DNA of 64,000 nucleotides, from positions 101,866,001-101,930,000 of the forward strand of contig OZ024740.1 of the NCBI GenBank assembly GCA_964016885.1. The letters run 5' to 3'. The first letter of the stretch is position 1. Each line of letters starts with the position of its first letter. The position numbers and the translations under genes are program-made. Under the pieces are notes generated by a model. That model saw nothing but the letters and a program-made list of their open reading frames with translations, did no database searches and was not told the DNA's origin. Source of the stretch: Eledone cirrhosa. Taxonomy: Eukaryota. Shown one piece after another: positions 1 to 10,199 of the stretch.

Positions 1-332
1 ATCTGAGTGAAAATAAATATGACAAAGAGATCTAACAGGAAATGATGACAGAATATGACAGCCTTAAACCAATAGCAACTGTAATAAAGTTTATTCATTG
101 CAAATATAGATAGCTCGGTGTATCCAGTTTAGAATTGATACACTGTACCCCTGCATACTGCAATAGGTAACTAAATGGGTTGACACCAGACAGGTCAACT
201 AACTATAAGACATTGCCTCAGAAATGACCTTATAATGAGTATGAAATCTGGAATGGGGCCATGCAAGACTAACTCTTTCATTAGTAAGGCAAAAAGACTT
301 AAAATGTTTATTGTATATATATATATGTATGT

Positions 333-770
333 GAAGGCACATAGCTTAGTGGTTAGAGAATTGGGCTTGCAATCGAAAAGTTGTGAGTTCAATTCTCGGA
401 CCGGGTGATGTGTTGTTTCCTTGAGCAAGACACTTTATTTCACATTGCTCCAGTTTACTCAGCTGTAGAAATGAGATGATAGGGACTGGGGTCCCTATCA
501 TTCCACTGCAAAGTGGTCGTGGAGGTGCAACGGCAAAAAAGCACCCAGCCGACACTCTAAAGTGGACGTGTAGGCGCCACAGAAAAAAAAGCACCCAGCA
601 CTCACTGTAAATGAGGTTGGTGTTAGGAAGGGCATCCAGCTGTAGAAATCACGCCAAAATCAGTTCCCGTATGAGCAAGACAAGGTCAGCCGATCGGACA
701 CTGCCGACAACAGGACAAACCGTCTAACCCATGCTAGCATGGAAGAACGGACATAAAACGGTAATGATGA
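333..770 (+). mobile_element. tRNA-derived SINE, family A (RTE-type 3' tail)
   Basis: A-box-like TAGCTTAGTGGTTAGAG and B-box GAGTTCAATTC. The body recurs at 5101, 16078 and 36720. The tail GGTTGGTGTTAGGAAGGGCATCCAGCTGTAGAAA...CCATGCTAGCATGG...(GAT)n matches the RTE 3'UTR. Flanked by (TA)n. Confidence 0.85.
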
Positions 771-846
771 TATATATATATATATATCATCTCATTGTCG
801 TTTAACGTCTATCTTCCACACTAGCATGGGTTTAGAATATATATAT

Positions 847-1253
847 ATCATCATCATCATCATCATCGTTTAACGTCCATCTTCCACGCTAGCATGGGTT
901 TGGATGGGAATTTTCCCACTTGAGGCAAGATTGGTTGTCTTGCTCGTATAGGACTGTCTGGCGGGTTTTCTACGGCTGGATGCCCTTCCTAACACCAACC
1001 ATGTTTACAGTGTGGACTAGGAGGTTTTTACCATGTTACCTACACGGCCACATTACAGCGTGGATTGTGTGTTTTTTTGTCTTGACACCTATGCAACCTC
1101 ATTTATTTAGGACTGGATGTTGTGGTACCAACATAAATTTACATCGAAAAGTGTGGATGGGGTGGGAGTAGTGGGACAGGGTGTATTTTTGTTAAGAGGT
1201 GCCTACTGACTGTAGGTTTCGCTTTGCATTTAGGCAAGACGGGTGTTCTGTAT

Positions 1254-1257
<4 letters not shown>
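847..1257 (-). mobile_element. RTE LINE 3' fragment (3'UTR plus last codons)
   Basis: Colinear with the 3'UTR of the 1288-3146 and 35027-36443 copies. (CAT)n tail on the + strand, (TA)n on both sides. Confidence 0.9.
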
Positions 1258-1287
<30 letters not shown>

Positions 1288-1291
<4 letters not shown>

Positions 1292-3146
1292 TCATCATCA
1301 TCATCATCAACGTTTAACGTCCGTGTTCCACGCTTGCATGGGTTTGGACGGGGGTAGTCCCACTTGAGGCAAGAGTGATTGTCTTGCTCGCATAGGACTG
1401 TCTGGCAGGTTTTCTACAGTTGGATGCCCTTCCTAACACCAACCACATTTACAGTGTGGGTCTGGGAGGTTTTTACCGTGTTGCCTACACGGCCACATTA
1501 CAGCGTGGACTGTGTGTTTTTTTGTCGTGACACCTACACGATCTCATTTGTTTCGGCCTCGATGGCGCGGCACCAACATAACTTTACATAGAACGGGGTG
1601 GTGTGGATCGGGTGGGGGTGGGGGGGGTGGGACGGGGTGTATTTTGTTAGAGATGCCTACTGGCTGGAGTAGGTTTTACTATATATTTAGGTAAGGCGGG
1701 TCTTCTCTGTTACTGAGTACCGCCAAAGGTCTCGGTCCAGTGACATTGTCTTGGAGAGGTGTAAGTGTGTGATGTCGGAGTTTATCAGCTCGTCCCAGGT
1801 TTTTCTAGGTCTGCCTATTCCGTGACTACCGTCTATCTTTATTGCCCTGCACTTTGTTATACAGCTATCGACTTTCATGCGCATCACGTGTCCATACCAA
1901 CGTAGCCTTCTCTCGAGTAAACAACATCTGATCCCTCTTATCTCTAATTTATTCCTTAGTTCGTTTATGCTTTGCCGTTCACGTATATTACTGTTACACA
2001 TCCAGCGGAGCATGCAAGCTTCGTTCCTCTCTAGTCTGCGTATATCCTCTGCACACAATGCCCAGGTCTCACTGCCATGCAGCATTGCTGTTCGTATGCA
2101 GGCATCGTACAACCTGCCTTTCATTTTTAGTGAGAACCCTTTAGCAGCTAATAGTGGTATAAGCTCTCTGAACTTTTTCCAACCAGTTCTGACTCTAGCT
2201 ACAGTACTTTCAGAGCACCCTCCCCCACTGCTGATTTTATCGCCCAGGTAACGGAAGCTGTCCACTATTTCTATAGAACCCTCTGCGCAATTGAAAGAGC
2301 TAGTAGTTTGTGGGCACTTGCTGCTACTTATTGCACCAGAGCACCGGCCACATGTAAAATCTATGTTCTTAGTTAGCTTACCTGTGATCCCACTACATCT
2401 TTTATGCACCCATACTTTGCATTTAGGACATAAAATGGAGTTTCTACCTACGCCTTTCCTACACACCGAGCACGACCATTTCCCAGAAGGGACCGCCGCC
2501 TTGTTTTCTTTCCTACAAACTAGTACTTTGGTCTTAGCCAGGTTAATTTTAAGTCCTTTTGACTCTAGGCCGTGCTTCCATGTTTGGAATTTCTTCTCTA
2601 GCTCGGCCATTGATTCCGCTATGAGTGTCAGGTCGTCTGCGTATAGGAGTTCCCATGGGCAGCCTGTCTTGAACTCCTCTGTTATAGCCTGAAGGGCAAT
2701 AATAAATAGTAGTGGACTGAGAACAGAGCCCTGATGGACGCCGACTTTTACGCTAAACTCTTCACTATATTCGTTGTTAATTCTAACCTTGCTGACTGTT
2801 TCTTTATACATGGCTTGTATAGCCCTCACAAGCCATTCGTCAACGCCTAGTTTTCTAAGAGCCCACCAGATAATGGAGCGGGGGACTCTGTCGAAGGCTT
2901 TCTCCAAGTCGACAAAAGCTAAGTAGAGGGGTTTACCTTTAGCTAGGTACTTCTCCTGTAGTTGTCGTACTATGAAAAGAGCGTCTGTGGTACTTTTGCC
3001 TGACACAAACCCGAACTGCATTTCATCTAGGTCAATTCTCTCTCTGATTAGTTGCGCTATTACTCTTTCCGTGACCTTCATGACCTGGTCGATTAATTTA
3101 ATGCCTCTATAGTTACTCCTATCTAGGGCGTCTCCTTTACCCTTAT
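1288..3146 (-). mobile_element. 5'-truncated RTE-clade LINE inserted in (TA)n
   Basis: Open RT ORF, about 400-bp 3'UTR, (GAT)n tail. Both ends abut (TA)n. Confidence 0.95.
1687..3146 (-). CDS. RTE reverse transcriptase, C-terminal part, with an inserted PHD-type Zn finger; 5'-truncated
   Basis: Motifs NYRGIKL, QFGF, FVDLEKAFD, GVHQGSVLSPLLF, LLYADD, FRYLG, HGSETW, RRLRWYGHV, GRPRKTW. The track's N-terminal MVLLYIYIY comes from (TA)n. Confidence 0.9.
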
Positions 3147-3780
3147 ATATATATATATACAAAAGTACCAATGGAAACTTAATCTTCTTTCATCAAATAA
3201 TTGTTTTTAATCTCTTACAAATGTTTCTAATGAACTGTGATCTCGAATTATTCAACTGTTGTTGGAAAATACATCTGACATCTTCTGCAATATAATAGAT
3301 ATGAATTTTAGAACACAACTTCACCCTCTTCAGAGAGAAAAAGAAAGTCAATCATGATGATTAATCACTGAAAATATTTTTTACCTTTAGCATGGGATAT
3401 CTTAAATAATTTATAAGGATCAAGAAAATATATACTGAATTGATTTTTTTTTTCTTTTCCGGTTTTGTTAAATTCACAAATATCAAGTGTTGCCATTCTG
3501 TATTAAAAAGTATCAACAGCTGAAGTGTGTAAGGGAGATAATTTATGGAAATTTAATTTCAGAGATAAATAAACTTGTTTTAGAAAGGACAATATCCACC
3601 TCCCTAAATTACAATTAATTATTTGGGACACTATTATTTAGAACCAGAGGTGGACCTATTCTACCAGTTCTTTGAGAAAACAACACCAAATTTCAGCACT
3701 AAACATATAAAAAAATTGAAATAACAGAATAAGCTTTATTCCATCGTTATGTTTTTCTATTTTTTTCTATTCAAATTCTA

Positions 3781-3839
3781 GCTGTCTCATGAGGTCATAG
3801 CTATTGCATAATGGTTATCACCAAAATATATATAACAGC
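3781..3839 (+). ncRNA. Degenerate minimal type I hammerhead-like motif
   Basis: gctgt-CTCATGA-ggt(hairpin)acc-AAAA-tatata-TA-acagc. Stems I and II are intact; two core positions are mutated. Confidence 0.5.
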
Positions 3840-4543
3840 AACTATGAATAAACGAAGTTAATTTTAACCTGTTGACTTACACTTCTTATTTATAAATATA
3901 CACCGGAGTAAACAGACCCACCTGCTCTACCCTGCATACTGAAGTGTCGGTAATTAACACATACTTGAAATAATATATATCAATCTATATACTACTAAAA
4001 CTCTGTGATTACTTGCTTGCTTGTCTGTGATGTAATACAGCCAAAAGGGTGCATAATGGGAAAATACTTTGAAAGGAAGTTGCCCCAGAAATGGGAATAC
4101 AAATGGAATAAAACAAGTTTTGAGTAAATCGGAGCACATGTTCCTGAGATATGGGGTTTTTTCGGGTACCTTCATAAACAGAGAGAGAGAGAGAAGGATA
4201 GAGAGAAATAGATAGTGGTTGTGAGAGAGTAGATTGAAAGAGAGACATAGAGAGAGGGAGAGGAGAAGGAGAATGGAAGAGAGAGAGATCTGGTGGTGTT
4301 GTCTGTATATATATATGTGTGTGTCTATGACCAGTGTATATAGATCGTATATATACACAAACACATACATATATATATATATGTATACACACACAGACAC
4401 ATTTATATATATACATAAACACACGTATATATATGGGCCTTCCAGTTTCATTTCACATTATATACATGTCTGTGTATATTTTAATTATTTAAAAATTATT
4501 TTTAAATGAACATGATTTTTTTAAAATATTTTGAAGTGAACAA

Positions 4544-4570
4544 GATCCAACGGGTCATGGTTGGTCTAGT
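4544..4570 (+). mobile_element. Helitron-like 3' terminus
   Basis: Small hairpin gatcc-aac-gggtc, then CTAGT 9 nt downstream, then (TA)n. Same layout as at 15258 and 41169. Confidence 0.4.
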
Positions 4571-4662
4571 ATATATATATAAAAATTAGTCAGTGATATA
4601 CTTTACATCTCAACAAAAAATATCACTTTGAATATACTTTAGAGAACCTTATAAATATAGAA

Positions 4663-5085
4663 ATATCTCAAATAATGCTCGGATTAACCAAAGGGTACTT
4701 TCGAATAAAAAAACTTTATAAGCTTCCCACCCTAGGGGAAGATTCCTTAAGTGACCTAAAGCTAGAGGACTCAATATTTGTTGTTCCCCTTACTGCAGTT
4801 TCATGAGCTAATGAACAGAATTGACTATCTCAATTAATTAAGATAGTTCATTCTGCCAGAATTTGCTCAATATTCAGAGAATATTTATGTTCCATACTAT
4901 AAGAGATAAGATATATTTACATGTTTCTAGACATTATGTTCATCCGGGAAACTGCAGTAAGGGGATACTTGTTGAGCTCTATAACTTTAGGTCACTTAAC
5001 AAGAATCTACTCTTAGGGTGAGATGCTTATAAGGTTACTTTATTTAAAGAACTTTCCTTTGGTTAATCTGAGCCTTATTTGATAT
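4663..5085. mobile_element. MITE/foldback element with about 140-bp imperfect terminal inverted repeats
   Basis: Arm pairs ggattaaccaaagg/cctttggttaatct, ttaagtgacctaaag/ctttaggtcacttaa and ccccttactgcagtttc/gaaactgcagtaagggg. Confidence 0.7.
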
Positions 5086-5100
5086 ATATATATATATATA

Positions 5101-5483
5101 TCATCATCATCATGTTTACGTCCGCTTTTCCCTGCTTGCAAGGGTGGGGTGGGAACTGATTCTGGCTTGAGTTCTACAGCTGGATGCCCTTCCTAACACC
5201 AGCCTCATTTTATAGTGAGTGCTGGGTGCTTTTTTTCCGTGGCGCCTACACGTCCACTTTACAGTGTGGGCTGGGTGCTTTTTTACCATGGCATCTCCAC
5301 GACCACTTTGCAGTGGAATGATATGGACCCCAGTCCTATCATCTCATTTCTACAGCTGAGTAAACTGGAGCAATGTGAAATAAAGTGTCTTGCTCAAGGA
5401 AACAACGCATCACCTGGTCTGAGAATTGAACTCACAACCATTCGATTGCAAGTCCAATGCTCTAACCACTAAGCTATGTGCCT
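5101..5483 (-). mobile_element. tRNA-derived SINE, family A (tail variant B)
   Basis: Reverse complement of the 333-770 head and body. Tail CCCTTGCAAGCAGGGAAAAGCGGACG(GAT)n. (TA)n flanks. Confidence 0.85.
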
Positions 5484-7279
5484 ATATATATATGGAAAAA
5501 GTTTGTGGGGGTGAGACTCATATGCGATAGTTAAAGAATAAGAGAAATATATGTAAACAGTATAAAATTGTTGCACTAGAATGTGGCATGTGATAGTGGT
5601 TTTGAAATAAGTTTGTGGAATAGGTACATAATATAAAATCATGATTAGGAAGAGATAAAGTAGCAATAAAAGAAAGAATGACAAAGATGGAGTACTGAAT
5701 AAAGATAGAAAACAGTTTAATATTTGATTTGATTGTGTAATGAAGTTTTGAAGAAAAGAAATAGGTTTTTCTTGTATTTGCCTAAAGTCAACCAAACTTG
5801 TGATTCTTGCAGAGATATTTATCATTTGCTAGAATTTGGCAAATGTTCATTTTTCAGGAAGAAAATGTGAACAACATAATACAATGAATGTATGAAATAT
5901 ACTAGTCTGAAGGGGTTAGAAATCTCAGTATAACAAATTATGTTTTAATATAGACATATAAGATATGGCTTTCATAATATATATTTGCTACATACAGAAC
6001 TATGTTGAAAACTAAATACTTCATGCAGCCAACATAAAATACTCCTGGTATTTATTTTTCAATCTTTTTTTTTTTTTTATATAATTTATTCGGAGATACA
6101 GACCAGAGATATTAGTGTCCAAGCAGAATTTCACAAGTTAGTATCAGCAGGAAAATCATGTATAAATTCTTGAAATATAAAGGATTCTTCTAAAGTTACC
6201 CAAGGACCAGGTGGTGGTATTAACTGGGGTGTAGCACCCAAGTATATGTATGCATAATTTTACATTGATATTGGACTTCTTGCCTCAGTACAAGGAACCG
6301 AAAATCCAAAATTTATGAAGATGTTCATCTTAGCATTTCTGAAACATGGTTCTGGATGGAATGTCTTACCCACACAGCCATTCCTCCACCTCTCTATTAT
6401 AATTCATAAATTGTTTGACTATGCCAACATGTATTCCTTATATCAGTGCATGGTAAAAAAGATGACTTTTTGGTGATTATGTGATCCTAGTTTTTATCCA
6501 ACTACATGGTACCTTTGGCAGTAGCATAGCTGGGGACAGTAAGGGGACGCCATATACTCCAGATAACACTTTAATGGGAGTGTCATTTTTTACTCTGCTG
6601 TATATATTTGAGTAGATGGGGTGCCGATGTGGATGTCAAACTGAAGAGCTGCCATGACCTTCAGAAAATGGCAGTTAGCATCAGCTCATGCTGAATGAAG
6701 CCATGTAAAGGGAAATTGCGTAGATAGAAACTATCTGCAAGCCTCCCAGATGGACAGTGTCATGTTAATTCTACTTAATGGTTATGTTAAGGATACAAAA
6801 GTTAACAAAATACTCAAACACTTACTCTATCATACACTGCAGAGTTAGTTGCATTGATTTGACAACTGCAATACACTGAAATTAATACAAGATTCCATTC
6901 ATTACAACATATAGCAATGCACAAGTTAGGTAGGTGTTCAAAATAATACAAAGAAGCAGAACATTTCTGAAGTGAACAGCATTGGAGGATTCTGTTCGCT
7001 CAACAGATGATTGCTCCAATAATTACACTTAAATTCAAATATCACAAAATTATAAAATTATGTTATAAATTCAAATCCTGAGGAAACTAGCTAAGTTATT
7101 TTGTTATGTTTATTTTAAGTACTTAAAAGCCTATAATGATGAAAAGGGAATGTAAAAAAAAAGAAAACAAGGCAGCACTTAGATTTTACACTTACATATA
7201 TGTAAGTCCAAATCTAGCCTGTTGGGGACAACAGCTGCTAAATGTTGATATTGGTGATATATATATATATATATATATG

Positions 7280-7837
7280 TAAAAGGTAAACAGAAATAAC
7301 AACACAATCGGTACAGTATATGGAAGGGATATATTAGGTTAACGCTTGATATAGCAGGAAGAGAGTCTTAACATTTCAGATGCTAGTCCTTCATCGGAAG
7401 AAAGAATGAGAAATAAAATAGATTGAGGGGACGGGCGGGATGGAATTGGAAAAAATGTCTTTAGATAAAAATAACAGGTCCATTCATGTTGACATCTTGG
7501 CAATATACGGTATGTTTAATTAAAACACCTGTGAATAGAGGGACCCTCTATCCACAGGTGCTTCAGGTCAGTTACTATAGTTATCTTTAGTAGTGGGGAC
7601 AATATCAGCTTGAGCACTTGCTGATGATCCAAGAGCTGAGTTTGAGCCCACGTATAAGGTGAAACAATCTTTTAGTGAATTTGTATAAGTGCGATTTAGT
7701 TATGAGGTCTTTCATTTTAATTTATCCTTTTAATTATTATGTTTCTCATATACCTCCCTTAGCTTATATTCTCTTCACGCTGGTGGTTAAAATCCTGTAA
7801 ATGAAAACATACTCTCCTGTGTTTTCCTCTCTATATT
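7280..7837. mobile_element. Probable Penelope pLTR-derived element with two opposed hammerhead-like motifs
   Basis: Minus-strand ctt-CCGATGA-agga..tct-GAAA-tgtt-aag (7368-7400) and plus-strand CTGATGA..GAAA (7621-7664). Central 35-bp palindrome. (TA)n on both sides. Confidence 0.45.
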
Positions 7838-7849
7838 GTATATATATAT

Positions 7850-8179
7850 ATAAATTAATAAAAGCAGTGAGTGGGAGCAAGGAGCAGGTTCCTTGTGTTG
7901 GAAAATTCATCGTTTTACGATCGTTTCTAGGATGTGTGTGTGTGTTGGTATGTGTATCATGCGGATCTGTGTAAAAATATTTTACAAACTATCAGAGGAA
8001 ATATACATACCTTCACATATATATGCGTGTCTTCAGAAATAATGTAAAATATTTTTACATGGATCTGTATGATGTGCATGCCAACACTCATATGTGTCCT
8101 GGAAATGATCCTAAAGTGATGAATTTTTTAATGTGGGGAACTTGTTCTTTGTTTTTGTTCATTGTTTTTATTAATTTAT
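7850..8179 (+). repeat. Long G.T-rich inverted repeat (137-bp arms, 56-nt loop)
   Basis: 7850-7986 pairs with 8043-8179 without indels: 100 Watson-Crick, 35 G.T, 2 other mismatches, 0 A.C (hand count). Confidence 0.95.
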
Positions 8180-8327
8180 CTTGACTCTGTTTTCCTGGGA
8201 TTTTCATCGAAAATTTTTGAATGCATCTTCTCTTTTCATGATATTTGGATTACATTGAGTTCTTCATACGGATTGGACACTACCGTATATTTTGGTAGAT
8301 TTTTCTACATATATGTGTATATGTGTG

Positions 8328-8411
<84 letters not shown>

Positions 8412-8542
8412 TATATATATGTATATGTGTGGAAGGGTCTACCAAAATATACGGTCTGAACAACGATCCAGACGTATATTTTATTATCGTCTCTGATCCA
8501 GAAACATTTGGTAATGGAGTAGTTATATTTTGTGTTGTTCAC

Positions 8543-8582
<40 letters not shown>

Positions 8583-8587
<5 letters not shown>

Positions 8588-9137
8588 TGCAGGGCAATAA
8601 AAATAGACGGTAGCCACAGAGTAGTCAGACCCAGAAAAACCTGGGACGACTTGATAAATTCCGACCTCACACACTTACACCTCTCCAAGACAATGTCACT
8701 GGACCGAGATCTTTGGCGCTACACAGTCATACAGAAGACTCGCCTTGCCTAAGTACAAAGCGAAACCTACAGTCAGTAGGCACCTCTAATAAAATACACC
8801 CCCGTCCCACTACCCCCACCCCATCCACACCACCCCCTTAAATATGAAGTTATGTTGGTGCCACAACATCCAGGCCGAAACAAATGAGGTCGTGTAGGTG
8901 CCACGACAAAAAAACACACAGTCCATGCTGTAATGTGGCCATGTAGGTAACACGGTAAAAACCTCCCAGTCCACACTGTAAACGTGGTTGGTGTTAGGAA
9001 GGGCATCCAGCCGTAGAAAACCTGCCAGACAGTCCTATACGAGCAGGACAACAAAACTTGCCTCAAGTAGGAAACCTCCCGTCCAAACCCATGCAAGCTT
9101 GGAAGATGGACGTTAAACGATGATGATGATGATGATG
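8583..9137 (+). mobile_element. RTE LINE 3' fragment
   Basis: Encodes the KCRAIKIDG...KTRLA end, then 3'UTR and (GAT)n. The 5' end abuts (TA)n. Confidence 0.9.
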
Positions 9138-10199
9138 ACATATATATACACACACATACATACATATATATTAAAAAAAACTGAAAGGAGCTAACAGAAA
9201 TTACTCAAATGATCAGTGGCATGAATTGAGATGAGAAATTTGAAAGCTGAGTGTGTCCTAGTGTCATTATTTGCTGCCCACAAAGAAAATGTTAATATGT
9301 TAAGAAAAACATCATCACCGTCATTAAATGATGAGGATGATGAAATGTTCTTGTGGATAACAAAAGGTAAGAGGTAATTGTTAGCACCTGAATGAGAAGG
9401 GGAGATTATTTCAAATAACGGTTGAATACATAGAAAAAAGAACAATCTGGTCTTTGATTCCAAGTGAAGGACTGTATATGTATGTGTTCTAACCTGAATT
9501 TGGTTTCATCGACATAGCATTGTCTTTCGTGCCTCTTCTGTATATATTAAAATGCTTATGTCTGTTCAGAGGTGAGGAGAACAATGAAGCCAAATTGAAG
9601 CAGAAGCACAGACCCATATCTGTCTTTCATCTTCAAAACAACGTTTAAATTGTTCGTTTTTCTTAAGTGTGTTGATTCAACAGTGAAATTATTATTAATG
9701 TCTTTAAAATATCTCACATTCTCATTTCTGTTAGGAAGTAATCCATAATAACAAAATAACTGTAAATAATGTAGTTACTTTCAGATAGATGTTAGAACTT
9801 GTCTCATCAGTAAATAGTCAAGAAATTATGTATATATATGTGTGTGTATATATATATATTATTATCATCATCATAATATTTTTAGATCCATTTTCTTATG
9901 CTGGAATGATCCAAGATTAGATGGATCAGAGACCCACATCTTGCTCATATATTCCATTTTTTGTATGGTATTTAGAGCAGCAAAGAGTTGTTACAATGTC
10001 AGATAGAATGATTTGTGGTGTTGTGTCTGGCTCTCTGCTCTATGAGTTCAAATCCCAGCAAGGTCAACTTTGCCTTTCATTGGTTTGAAAGTGATAAAAA
10101 AAAGTACCAGTCTAGTATTGAGTCGATTTTTCATGCCTGCTTGTACTGCAAGTGCCTGAGATGTTAAAAGCCTTAAATTCTCTGGCTAACTCATGTGTG

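Noticed and set aside
333-405. tRNA-Cys(GCA)-like gene
   Set aside because: No proper acceptor stem, and it continues into a SINE body repeated several times in the window.
920-1171. Recurrent small ORF (..[13 protein letters not shown]..) in many places
   Set aside because: It is antisense to the RTE/SINE 3'UTR and variably frameshifted between copies.
1877-2692. Conserved antisense ORFs recurring in RTE copies
   Set aside because: They are shadows of the RT frame, repeated only because the copies are near-identical.
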